Source: Candidatus Saccharimonadota bacterium
Lineage (GTDB): Bacteria; Patescibacteriota; Saccharimonadia; Saccharimonadales; UBA4665
Reading direction: 5' to 3'
Assembly: GCA_002952755.1 (NCBI GenBank)
Contig: CP025011.1
Span: 1,380,001-1,412,000, forward strand
DNA length: 32,000 nucleotides
Below are positions 16,484 through 24,832 of this stretch, piece after piece. Under the pieces are notes generated by a model. The model did no database searches. It worked only from the letters and a program-made list of their open reading frames with translations, and had not been told where the DNA came from. Each line of letters opens with the position of its first letter. Positions within the stretch are counted from its first letter, which is position 1. Position numbers and translations under genes: made by a program.

Positions 16484-17212
16484 TCAGTCGAGTAACTTCT
16501 GCTGCCGGGCAAGGCGGCCCGCGTACCAGGCTACCGAGTACGTCACAGCTATAAGTACAAAGAAGCCGAAGGTGATAGAAAACAGTTCCGGATGGGCGCT
16601 CGGGTGGGCAAAACCATCTGAAACTTCAAAGATTATGCTAGCTGGATTGAGCAAAACGTCCCAGGTATTCCATCGTAAATCGCGGCCGACATAAATCGCG
16701 AAGCTAGTTAAAAAAAGAGCAGACAGCACAAAAACCCAGGCCAGCCGTACGCTCACCCGCTTTAATAACTGGATATGGAGCAAGTAGACGCTGAGCAAAC
16801 CGATAATAAAGGCTGTAAAACTAAAGAGTGTGAAGGTCACGACATCGTATATCAGGTCAACGCGCGGCACTTCCTGCAAATGGATCACGTCGGTAGTGAC
16901 ATAAAAAGCATTCGGCAGAAAACTCAGATACAAGAACGTCACGGCCAGGGCCGGCCAAGCCGACCATACCTTGTGGCTTAAGATACGCTCCAACCATAAC
17001 ACCAGCAGCAAAGGTATCCACGCCAGGAGCAAGTTCCAGTTAAGATACCAAAAATCCCAAGCGTGATTGCGCCATGCACCAATACCATACAAGGCGACAC
17101 TGACAAGCGTTGCACCAATAAGGGCCAGCCCCAGCCGTGCCCGTGTGGATATGTACCACCTCATGATACTTTTTAGTATATCAGGGTGTAGCGCATCATA
17201 ACTAGAACTCAT
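16484..17212 (-). CDS. polytopic membrane protein, DUF1361-like
   Basis: Six or more hydrophobic helices. Motifs NWNLLLAWIPL, PNAFYVTTDVIHL and GRDLRWNTWDVL match what I remember of DUF1361. Confidence 0.6.
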   Translation of the reverse strand: MSSSYDALHPDILKSIMRWYISTRARLGLALIGATLVSVALYGIGAWRNHAWDFWYLNWNLLLAWIPLLLVLWLERILSHKVWSAWPALAVTFLYLSFLPNAFYVTTDVIHLQEVPRVDLIYDVVTFTLFSFTAFIIGLLSVYLLHIQLLKRVSVRLAWVFVLSALFLTSFAIYVGRDLRWNTWDVLLNPASIIFEVSDGFAHPSAHPELFSITFGFFVLIAVTYSVAWYAGRLARQQKLLD

Positions 17213-17248
17213 CTAAAACCTCATTCCGGCTAAAGCAGGATCTAGCAG

Positions 17249-18295
17249 CTACTTACCCGCTAAGGGGATACGCAACACAAAACACGCACCTTTTGTGCCT
17301 GGGATATTCTGTGCACGCAGCTCGGCGTGGTTGGCGTCGGCAATAGCTCTGGCCAAACTTAAACCCAGCCCGTACCCGCTCACCTTGCTGCTACGGGCTT
17401 TGTCACCACGGTATAGGCGGTCAAAAATGCGAGGCATATCATCGGTATGGATGCCTGGACCTTGATCTTGCACCCATACCAGTAGATGCCCGTCCTCTGG
17501 CTTACTACCAACAGACACCACGCCTCCCTCAGGCCCGTATTTTATGGCATTGTCGAGCAGGATAACTAACAACTGCACCAGGCTGTTGGCATCGCCGATA
17601 ATATTGGCCTCTGCTATATCCTCCTTCCATTGCACCTGCCGTTTTTCGGCCACTTTTTTAACTTGCTGCAACGAGTCACCGATAATCTTCTGCACAGGCA
17701 AAGTTTTGAGATTGAGCGGCGTGCTCCCATATTGCGTTAAAGCAAGCAAGTTGCTCGATAGTCCTTCCAATCGCTGCACTTCCTCAAGATTACTCTGAAT
17801 AAGTTCGCGGGCGTCAGTTTCGCCAAATTGTTTTTGACGCAAAAAGATCTCATTTTCCAATTTAATGTTAGTGAGTGGCGTACGCAGTTCGTGGCTGGCA
17901 TCGGCCGCAAAACGAGCTTGTTCCTTGTGAGCCTTTTCGATTGGTCCAAGTGTGCGCCCGGCAAACCAGTAACTCAGCACGCCGCCAATAATCAAAGCTG
18001 CAATATTAATGAAAAATAAATCTTCATTGAGGCGCGTATGCACTTCCCCCGCCTGATCCTGCTGAAAATTGCTGAAATCATTGTAAGGCCGCCCAGGTAT
18101 ATAGAGTCCGCGCAAGAAAAGCTGCCGAGCTTCGCCGCGCTGTAAATCATTGCTATGCCCAAACTCGTGTTCAAACAACACCCGAAAGCTAAACGTCAGT
18201 GTAAAGCTAAACGCTAGCAGAATAGCGAGGTAAAAGAGAGTAAGCTTAACGCGCGCCGACTTAAACATAGTGCTCTTAGAGTACCTTGTACCCAT
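17249..18295 (-). CDS. two-component sensor histidine kinase (HisKA + HATPase_c, two N-terminal TM helices)
   Basis: H-box SHELRTPLT, N-box LDNAIKY, G-boxes DQGPGI and GYGLGL. The start is ambiguous (ATG 18295 or ATG 18268). Confidence 0.85.
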   Translation of the reverse strand: MGTRYSKSTMFKSARVKLTLFYLAILLAFSFTLTFSFRVLFEHEFGHSNDLQRGEARQLFLRGLYIPGRPYNDFSNFQQDQAGEVHTRLNEDLFFINIAALIIGGVLSYWFAGRTLGPIEKAHKEQARFAADASHELRTPLTNIKLENEIFLRQKQFGETDARELIQSNLEEVQRLEGLSSNLLALTQYGSTPLNLKTLPVQKIIGDSLQQVKKVAEKRQVQWKEDIAEANIIGDANSLVQLLVILLDNAIKYGPEGGVVSVGSKPEDGHLLVWVQDQGPGIHTDDMPRIFDRLYRGDKARSSKVSGYGLGLSLARAIADANHAELRAQNIPGTKGACFVLRIPLAGK

Positions 18296-18932
18296 GCCCT
18301 CGAATAGTGTGAATCACGTCGTCACCAATCTTTTTGCGCACATTAGCTACAAACGTCTCGACGGTATTGTGTTGCACGCGGGCTTCGTCAGCCCAGACAT
18401 GGTCGAGCAATTGATCTTTACTAATCACTTCCCGCTTGTGACGCAGTAAATATTCCAGCAACTGAAATTCCTTAGCGGTAAGGTGCACTAATTGCTTATC
18501 GACTGTTACCTCTTTAGAGACCACGTCAAGTTCCAACGCGCCAGATACAAAAAGATTACCTATGCTGGCTTGTGGCCGGCGCAAGAGTGCTCGCACGCGG
18601 GCCAGCAGTTCGTCAAACGAAAACGGCTTCGGCAGATAGTCATCAGCGCCAACATCCAATCCTTGCACGCGGTCGCCAATCGCCGCGCGGGCCGTAAGCA
18701 TCAAAATTGGCACTTGCGAACCGCTATCCCGCCAATACGTCACGAGCGCCGGCCCGTCACGGTGTCCCGGGATCATCCAATCCAGCAAAATAAGGTCGTA
18801 ACTGTTGGCATCGTGCAGCGTTTCGGCCATGTCACCGTCTTCGGCCACATCCACCACGTACCCTTCTGCGCCTAGACCCCGCTCCAAACTCTTAGCAATC
18901 TTCTCTTCGTCTTCGACAACTAATATTCGCAT
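18276..18932 (-). CDS. OmpR-family response regulator
   Basis: MRILVVEDE receiver domain with DWMIPG. The C-terminal winged-helix trans_reg_C has LTAKEFQLLEYL ... IHTIRGHGYK. I prefer the ATG at 18932 to the GTG at 18956 used by the track. Confidence 0.9.
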   Translation of the reverse strand: MRILVVEDEEKIAKSLERGLGAEGYVVDVAEDGDMAETLHDANSYDLILLDWMIPGHRDGPALVTYWRDSGSQVPILMLTARAAIGDRVQGLDVGADDYLPKPFSFDELLARVRALLRRPQASIGNLFVSGALELDVVSKEVTVDKQLVHLTAKEFQLLEYLLRHKREVISKDQLLDHVWADEARVQHNTVETFVANVRKKIGDDVIHTIRGHGYKVL

Positions 18933-19076
18933 AGTGCTTTTTATAGTATATCCCACCCCTGTGTACTAGCTGAAGATAATGAGCTCCCTAACTATTGCCA
19001 CTTCTATGTTGTGATGAACATTTGACAGATTTACGATACAATGCTTTACTAATAAATATAATTCTCAAACAAAAAG

Positions 19077-20297
19077 ATGACCGAAACAACACAAAACATA
19101 CCACCAAACGCTCATGAGCAGTACGATGCAGTGAGCCATGACGCTAGTAATCCCCTTGCCGTTGCACAAGGGGTAGGAAATAAGGCCCTGGGGGGAGTCG
19201 GGGAATATGGCAGTACCGGTGCAGAAGAGCTAGGCGGTCTTCCATCTTTATATAAGGCAGCGCACGTAGTTCCAGATAGTCGATGGACTAGAGAACTTAA
19301 CTCCTCTTCTCCTAGTCCGGACGTTAGAGTATTCGGACCACTCATCGGCAGTCGGGTTCGCGACGATGGCTTGGTTGAGTCATGTAGCGTAGAGGATACC
19401 GTAGCCATCGCCGCTACCTTTGCCGAGCAAGCTTTACCTGGAGAAAATACGCATACGCCCAAAATTATCGAGTACGCCTACCCAGAGATTACTGATGCTT
19501 TCGGTAGACGCGAGGACCTCACCCAAGAAGAAAGAAACAAAATAGTAGCCAATAACGATCGTTGGCTAATAACCATCCGCGACGGGCACTGGCCCATTCC
19601 CGGTAAACCCACTTATAATCCGCAGACAGGGCAAAAAGACGGCCCGCTTGAGTTCGACAAACATGACTGGGGCGGAAATCATTCTAAGTTCTTCGGACTC
19701 GAAGAGAAAGGCATGCAAGATCAGATGACGGAAGCGGCCGATCACGGCTTAAGCTTGCGCCTTAACGCACTCACTCACCCTAATGAACCTCTAGGCCCAG
19801 TAGTAGAACGAGTCAGCATCCTCGACGGTTCCTGGGCTAATCAATATGCTCATTGGGTGCCTATCGATGTTGGAGAGACTCACATTACTTACGATGATGC
19901 TATACATATGATTGACGCTATTAGTGACAAGGATGCCTTAGAAGAAGTTATGTTAAACCTTGTCGCGTTGCCGGATGACTCGTCACGCATGCAATACATG
20001 AGACACTACTCAGGGCTCGCAAGCTTACCTTTTACGAAAGTGCTCGCTAGAGCCGAACAAATAGCACCGTTGGTCGGTAGTAAGCGGGAAAAGGATGAGT
20101 GGGTTGAAAACGAAATGTTACAAGCTGCGGCAGTACGTGAAAGTATGCAGATGATACTAGACATAAGCGAATTCAACACCTACCACCGTGAAGGTCGCGT
20201 CATGACTATAGAAGAACAGATCGAAACAGTGCAGAACCACTTAGATGGCTTGGTGCGGGTTGCAAACAAGATTAGCCAACCGTTAGCAATGAGCTAG
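19077..20297 (+). CDS. hypothetical protein (406 aa)
   Basis: Long ORF with no TM segment or signal peptide and no family recognised. TATAAT at 19057-19062 lies 14 nt upstream of the ATG. Confidence 0.65.
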   Translation: MTETTQNIPPNAHEQYDAVSHDASNPLAVAQGVGNKALGGVGEYGSTGAEELGGLPSLYKAAHVVPDSRWTRELNSSSPSPDVRVFGPLIGSRVRDDGLVESCSVEDTVAIAATFAEQALPGENTHTPKIIEYAYPEITDAFGRREDLTQEERNKIVANNDRWLITIRDGHWPIPGKPTYNPQTGQKDGPLEFDKHDWGGNHSKFFGLEEKGMQDQMTEAADHGLSLRLNALTHPNEPLGPVVERVSILDGSWANQYAHWVPIDVGETHITYDDAIHMIDAISDKDALEEVMLNLVALPDDSSRMQYMRHYSGLASLPFTKVLARAEQIAPLVGSKREKDEWVENEMLQAAAVRESMQMILDISEFNTYHREGRVMTIEEQIETVQNHLDGLVRVANKISQPLAMS

Positions 20298-20357
20298 GAG
20301 GATAGCTTTTCCCTGGCAGTTAACTATATCTACGCTTTGTCTAGGTGACATTGCCGG

Positions 20358-21392
20358 TTACACCATAGCGCGTTTGAACTTTTCTACGAGGTCGATGGGC
20401 GTGGGGTTAATGCCATTTAAAAGAGCAAGGTAGATGGTGGTGAAGTCAGCAAAGGCTGAGGCCCACATTAGTTGCTCGAGCAATGTCCGTCCTTTAGCCT
20501 GCACGACATGTGGTTCTGGGCGCATGCCGGAAAGCAAACGCGATGAAATTTCAAAACGCTTTTGGATGCGCTCGTCGTCGAGATTGCTCCGAAGATCAAT
20601 CACGGCATACGGCTTGGCGACTGGTTGTTCGCTCCAACCAATAAATTCGTTGTGATTGAATTCGGGCAACTGATTGAGCCAGGCGATCTGCTTGGCATTT
20701 TCATTGACACTAATCTTCCATTTATATGCTGCAGGGTGCAGCCGCGGGCCGCTATATATCACCACTGACTTTCCGAGCAATTCCTGGGCAAGCTGTTTGG
20801 CTGGATTATCTTTGGTGGGCACTGTCGGTAGCCACGATTGTATAGCCTGCTCAACGTGTGTAGCCGTTGCCTCGGCCACTGGATATACAGTTTCTGCATC
20901 CACTAACCCTGCGCTTACCAATACTGTCGCTATTGCCTTAAGATTCGATACGGCAGCATAGCGTGGCTGCATGTGGGCGGACAGGACGATGAGCGGCAAT
21001 TGTCGATCTTCGGCAATCTGGCGCAATCTGCCCCCCGTAGTAATAATCGCTGCCTGAGCGCCTCGCCGTAGCCCCTCTTCCAGGCCACTAACCACTTCTT
21101 CAGTATTGCCGGAATGGCTGTCGGCGATAAGTAAGGTGTGCTCATCGACATACAACGGCAATGCGTAGTCTCGGACGATTTCAAACGGCTTGGCCGGATC
21201 CAGCCAGGTCTTGGCAAATTCAGCAGGTACAGCAGAGCCGCCCATGCCGACGTGGACAATGGTGTGAATGTCCTTAAACGTTGCGTTCCCCAGCAGCATA
21301 CAAGATTCCCGGAGCTGCTCGGCCTGATGAGCAACAATGCCCAGCGCATCTGCCGTATCCTTTTGGTGGATATATTTGAGATCGTCCAACAT
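20358..21392 (-). CDS. SIS-domain bifunctional phosphoglucose/phosphomannose isomerase-like protein
   Basis: GMGGSA SIS motif. Its ~345 aa size and two-SIS layout are typical of the PGI/PMI family. I prefer the ATG at 21392 (MLDDLKYI) to the GTG at 21407. Confidence 0.7.
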   Translation of the reverse strand: MLDDLKYIHQKDTADALGIVAHQAEQLRESCMLLGNATFKDIHTIVHVGMGGSAVPAEFAKTWLDPAKPFEIVRDYALPLYVDEHTLLIADSHSGNTEEVVSGLEEGLRRGAQAAIITTGGRLRQIAEDRQLPLIVLSAHMQPRYAAVSNLKAIATVLVSAGLVDAETVYPVAEATATHVEQAIQSWLPTVPTKDNPAKQLAQELLGKSVVIYSGPRLHPAAYKWKISVNENAKQIAWLNQLPEFNHNEFIGWSEQPVAKPYAVIDLRSNLDDERIQKRFEISSRLLSGMRPEPHVVQAKGRTLLEQLMWASAFADFTTIYLALLNGINPTPIDLVEKFKRAMV

Positions 21393-21470
21393 ACGCTTCT
21401 TTCTCACAAACCGCTTGTGCTATTATGGTAGTATTCATATAGTATAGGCTGATAGATGAGGGAGACAACT

Positions 21471-21974
21471 ATGTTTGGTGGCGCACATGACGACGCAGGA
21501 GACGATACAGCAGGGGCAATGCAGGACACAGGCATGCCACTAGCACCTCCACAAAATGATCTCGTCGACCCAACCCAGGATACAGATAGCAGCACCGTTG
21601 TCGGCGGACCAAGTAGCACAGCCCAAACGTTTGAGCCTGCCTCTCCTGCGGTGCCCCCGGCTGGCGCACCAGCAGTACCCGAAGACCTTCCTGCTGCCAG
21701 TTCGCTCCCGTCGACAGCAGCAAGCGATGGAGATGATTTGCTTAACATCAAGCAGCAGGCCTTGCAGCAACTGAGTCCCCTTATTGGCCATCTCGACCAA
21801 ACGCCAGAAGAAAAATTCCGCACCACCATGATGATGATTCAGGCCTCCGACAACAAAGAGCTTATTAAGGAGGCTTACGCTGCTGCACAGCAGATTACCG
21901 ATGAGAAGTCCCGTGCCCAAGCCCTCCTCGACATTGTCAACGAAATCAACTACTTCACCCAGCACACTGCGTAA
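21471..21974 (+). CDS. hypothetical protein with an acidic, Pro/Ala/Ser-rich disordered N-half and a helical C-half
   Basis: SD GAGGGAG lies 6 nt upstream of the ATG at 21471. The track start 21456 contains that SD. No family recognised. Confidence 0.55.
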   Translation: MFGGAHDDAGDDTAGAMQDTGMPLAPPQNDLVDPTQDTDSSTVVGGPSSTAQTFEPASPAVPPAGAPAVPEDLPAASSLPSTAASDGDDLLNIKQQALQQLSPLIGHLDQTPEEKFRTTMMMIQASDNKELIKEAYAAAQQITDEKSRAQALLDIVNEINYFTQHTA

Positions 21975-22003
21975 AACAGCATCAAAACGCTTATACTAAC
22001 AGT

Positions 22004-22579
22004 ATGAAGCTGGCCCATGCGAATACTACGCTCCTAGGCGCAATATTGCTTGTCTGCGGTTACATTGTCGTGATGCCGCTTGTGCCCATACTGACGTTTT
22101 GGTTTGAAAGCCATACCACCAGCCGATTGCAAATGCTTGGTTCTGAGCTGCATGTTCCACTCAGCAAAGAATCGGCTATGCCCGAGGGTAATCGCTTGGT
22201 TATTCCCGCTATGCTCCTTGACGCACCGATTAACGAAGGACAGACAATGGCGGCGCTGCATAGTGGCACTTGGCGCAGGCCAAACACTAGTACCCCAGAC
22301 AAAGGCAGCAATACTGTCATCGTCGCTCACCGTTTTACCTATACCGACCCTCGGGGTCCATTTTATTTTCTGAATAACATGCAGGTTGGTGACGAAATTG
22401 GCATTTTTTGGCAAGGCAAACGATATATCTACAAGGTGAATGCCACAAACGTTGTCCACCCAGATCAAGCTAGTATCGAGAACCCGACCTCGGACGCTCG
22501 TCTGACCCTCTATACATGTACGCCGCTGTGGCTCCCGAAAGATCGCCTGGTTGTAACTGCCGAACTGGAGCGAGGTTAG
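22004..22579 (+). CDS. sortase-family transpeptidase with an N-terminal membrane anchor
   Basis: Catalytic triad context VIVAHRF (His), TLYTCTP (TLxTC Cys) and RLVVTAELE (Arg). The N-terminal TM segment is LLGAILLVCGYIVVMPLVPILTF. Confidence 0.85.
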   Translation: MKLAHANTTLLGAILLVCGYIVVMPLVPILTFWFESHTTSRLQMLGSELHVPLSKESAMPEGNRLVIPAMLLDAPINEGQTMAALHSGTWRRPNTSTPDKGSNTVIVAHRFTYTDPRGPFYFLNNMQVGDEIGIFWQGKRYIYKVNATNVVHPDQASIENPTSDARLTLYTCTPLWLPKDRLVVTAELERG

Positions 22580-22687
22580 ATGAGCGAAAAAACGCGCTTC
22601 TGGATACTACTTGCGTTACTCGCACTAAGTCTTGTATTGCTATTCATACTCAACACAGCATATGGACAACAATTGCTAGTACGCTAA
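22580..22687 (+). CDS. 35-aa single-TM micro-protein (MSEKTRFWILLALLALSLVLLFILNTAYGQQLLVR)
   Basis: Not in the ORF track because it is under 60 aa. The ATG directly abuts the sortase stop (TAGATG), and GGAGCGAGG lies upstream. The stop TAA at 22685-22687 directly abuts hairpin element copy 2. Confidence 0.4.
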   Translation: MSEKTRFWILLALLALSLVLLFILNTAYGQQLLVR

Positions 22688-22797
22688 TAGAAACCGCTTT
22701 CACCTCCCAAAAGTAGAGCGTTTTCACGCAGGCCGACTAAAGTCGGTCTGGTTGCACTACGCCTGACTCTACTTTTGGGAGGTGAAAGCGGTTTCTA
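22688..22797 (+). repeat. structured hairpin element, copy 2: 31-bp perfect stem (22688-22718 / 22767-22797) enclosing a 48-nt core shared with 9394-9440
   Basis: Left arm TAGAAACCGCTTTCACCTCCCAAAAGTAGAG is the exact reverse complement of the right arm. The core CGTTTTCACGCAGGCCGACTAAAGTCGGTCTGGTTGCACTACGCCTGA equals the reverse complement of the copy 1 core plus one T. Confidence 0.8.
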
Positions 22798-23109
22798 CAC
22801 AGGTGTGTCGTCTTGGCTACTGCCAGAAGGGCGGTCTTCTTCGTCAATCGTAACAAGCTCAGGCACAGTCTTCTTGGCCGAGCGACGCCAGACGCGGACC
22901 ACAATTGCCGTAAGTGCAATAAGGCAAGCAATGGTGATAATACTTACCACCGCGATCCCCGTATTAGTGAGTGCCGTGCCCCCGCTATTATTTGCCGTAC
23001 TCGACGCACAAGACGTCGAACTACTGTTATAATCACACGAACCGTATGCGCCGGCACCGTATGCGGCCGCAACACGTTGCTCAATCCCACTCAATCTGTA
23101 CAACTGCAT
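22795..23109 (-). CDS. small bitopic membrane protein (104 aa) with an LPXTG-like LTNTG motif immediately before its TM helix
   Basis: AAGGT lies 6 nt upstream of the ATG. An S/T/G/A/N-rich 50-aa N-terminus with 2 Cys is followed by ALTNTG, the TM segment IAVVSIITIACLIALTAIVV, RVWRRSAKK, and a 24-aa acidic tail. There is no N-terminal signal peptide. Confidence 0.55.
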   Translation of the reverse strand: MQLYRLSGIEQRVAAAYGAGAYGSCDYNSSSTSCASSTANNSGGTALTNTGIAVVSIITIACLIALTAIVVRVWRRSAKKTVPELVTIDEEDRPSGSSQDDTPV

Positions 23110-23185
23110 GACATTACCTTAAGCATTACTCTATCCGTATGATATCATGTAAGTGGTCAACATAACAAAGCGAGGGTAACAACGT

Positions 23186-23392
23186 ATGTTAAGCACTGTA
23201 GGATTTTTGGATCTGGGAGCTCCAGAACTCATCATTATCCTGGCCATTGTGCTGCTCTTGTTTGGCGGCCGCAAACTGCCAGAGTTGTCTAAAAGCCTAG
23301 GCACTTCAATGCGCGAATTACGCAGTGGACTAAACGGCGATGGACACGATGAAAGCAAGAAAAAAGAAGATACGCCACGGTCAACTTCGTAG
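23186..23392 (+). CDS. tatA: twin-arginine translocase subunit TatA/E
   Basis: LGAPELIIILAIVLLLFGGRKLPELSKSLG is the canonical TatA TM segment, FG hinge and amphipathic helix. SD GAGGG lies upstream. Confidence 0.9.
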   Translation: MLSTVGFLDLGAPELIIILAIVLLLFGGRKLPELSKSLGTSMRELRSGLNGDGHDESKKKEDTPRSTS

Positions 23393-24407
23393 GCTCGAGA
23401 ACAAGAAACTCCCCTTCGCCGAACACTTGCACGAATTACGCAGGCGGCTATTGTATGTGGCGCTCTCTATTGGCCTCTGGGGAACTGCAGCATACGCCGT
23501 CCAACAGCACATTGTGAATGCGCTGTTGCAGCCTGCGCATAATCAGCAATTTATTTATACCTCGGTTGGTGGCGGCATCGACTTTTTATTCCGGGTTTGT
23601 ATATATACCGGCATCGCCTGCAGTATCCCAGTTATTGTATTCCAGATCCTCAAATATCTGGAGCCACTCATTAAGAAAGATGCCATCAGATTTATAGCCT
23701 GGGGTAGTGTCGCTTCGGGAGTATTAGCCGCTGCTGGAATGATTTTTGGTTACTACATTGGCCTACCCGCAGCGCTGCACTTCTTATTGCATCAGTTTAC
23801 AACCAATCAGATCCATCCCCTGCTTACCATCCAGTCGTACATGGGCTTTGTTACTCTATACATGTTGGGTTCTGCTCTGCTCTTCCAAGTGCCACTATTG
23901 CTGATACTTATTAACCGCATTAAGCCGCTTCGTCCTAAAAAATTATTGGGACTGGAGCGCTGGGTGATACTCATCGCCTTTGTTCTGGGTGGTATCATGA
24001 ATCCTTCGCCGCGAATACAAGATCAGATCTTGCTGGCCGGACCAATGATCATCGCCTACCACGTCGGCGTTGGCATTGTCTGGTTCGCGAATCGGCGTTC
24101 AAGACGCCCTAAACGGGTGATTAGCATGCGAGAAAAGGATATCGAGGCGCGGGTTGCACGTTATGAACAATTCCAAGCAGCTCAGGCCCTTCTACAGAAA
24201 CGCAATCCTACTACAGCTTCCCCTGTAGCACCGGTGCAATCTCCGGCCACTATTGTTCGGCCGGCCGCCCGCTCTGTTCCAGTACAAGCGAGGGCTACCA
24301 CGCCAATGACAGCAGAAAGAGTTCGGCCCCGTTATGCAGACGGCTTTACGCCGCGGCGCAATCCTCGCAGTTTTGGCGGAACAGGGGCAGTCAGTACCGC
24401 CTTGTGA
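23340..24407 (+). CDS. tatC: twin-arginine translocase subunit TatC with a ~100-aa Pro/Arg/Ala-rich C-terminal extension
   Basis: N-terminal EHLHELRRRL motif followed by six hydrophobic helices. The only in-frame starts (23340, 23349) lie inside tatA, giving an overlap of up to 53 nt. Confidence 0.85.
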   Translation: MDTMKARKKKIRHGQLRRLENKKLPFAEHLHELRRRLLYVALSIGLWGTAAYAVQQHIVNALLQPAHNQQFIYTSVGGGIDFLFRVCIYTGIACSIPVIVFQILKYLEPLIKKDAIRFIAWGSVASGVLAAAGMIFGYYIGLPAALHFLLHQFTTNQIHPLLTIQSYMGFVTLYMLGSALLFQVPLLLILINRIKPLRPKKLLGLERWVILIAFVLGGIMNPSPRIQDQILLAGPMIIAYHVGVGIVWFANRRSRRPKRVISMREKDIEARVARYEQFQAAQALLQKRNPTTASPVAPVQSPATIVRPAARSVPVQARATTPMTAERVRPRYADGFTPRRNPRSFGGTGAVSTAL

Positions 24408-24410
24408 TCC

Positions 24411-24439
24411 TTGACAGCCTATGGCAGCTCTTCTACAAT
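24411..24439 (+). promoter_or_regulatory. sigma70-type promoter: -35 TTGACA (24411-24416), 17-nt spacer, -10 TACAAT (24434-24439)
   Basis: Near-consensus hexamers with optimal spacing, about 40 nt upstream of the 62-aa ORF. Confidence 0.55.
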
Positions 24440-24479
24440 AAAACATAAGCTTTAAAATAAAAACGACGGGATAGGCATA

Positions 24480-24668
24480 ATGAACAAACATCTCGAAACA
24501 CTCATGCAAAAAGAAATGACGCGCAAGGAATTCCTGGCGACGCTAGGGCTCGGCATTGCTACCGTACTTGGTTTTGGATCACTCCTTAAGCTGCTCACGG
24601 GCAAAAGTAGTATCCATAATACTCCCTCGGGGTACGGCTCTAGCACGTACGGTGGCGGACGCGACTAG
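24480..24668 (+). CDS. 62-aa protein with a Tat-signal-like N-terminus (TRKEFLATLGLGIATVLGFG) and a Gly/Ser/Tyr-rich tail
   Basis: It has its own promoter and its own intrinsic terminator. An n-region with RK is followed by EFL and a hydrophobic h-region, as in Tat signals (S/T-R-R-x-F-L-K). It lies directly downstream of tatAC. Confidence 0.6.
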   Translation: MNKHLETLMQKEMTRKEFLATLGLGIATVLGFGSLLKLLTGKSSIHNTPSGYGSSTYGGGRD

Positions 24669-24685
24669 CCGCTAGTAGAAAACGT

Positions 24686-24718
24686 AAAAAGGCCGAGCTC
24701 ACACACTCGGCCTTTTTT
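24686..24718. terminator. bidirectional rho-independent terminator (AAAAAGGCCGAG ctcacaca CTCGGCCTTTTTT)
   Basis: A 7-bp GC-rich stem flanked by an A-run and a T-run, located between the convergent 62-aa gene and groEL. Confidence 0.7.
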
Positions 24719-24778
24719 GGCGTTGTTTGTTTGATTCCATTGTACACCCGCATTGCAATGCATATCTACCCGTTGCCC

Positions 24779-24813
24779 AAAAAAAGGAACCCCCAGAGCG
24801 AGAGTTCCCTTTT
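24779..24813 (-). terminator. probable groEL terminator (minus strand GGGAAC-13 nt loop-GTTCC followed by U7)
   Basis: Hairpin plus T-run on the minus strand, about 20 nt after the groEL stop. The stem is short and the loop is large. Confidence 0.4.
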
Positions 24814-24832
24814 GTCCGTATGAAAGCGGATG

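Noticed and set aside
21404-21965. Two 141-aa minus-strand ORFs lie antisense to the 21471-21974 gene.
   Set aside because: The plus-strand ORF has a good SD (GAGGGAG) and a well-formed helical C-terminal half. The minus-strand ORFs have no initiation signals. The low-complexity N-half of the plus product means this strand call is less certain than most.
23340-23392. The 53-nt tatA/tatC coding overlap might be something unusual.
   Set aside because: The only in-frame start codons before the conserved EHLHELRRRL motif lie inside tatA, so the overlap is probably real. Short overlaps in tat operons and other coupled operons are ordinary, and nothing else marks it as special.
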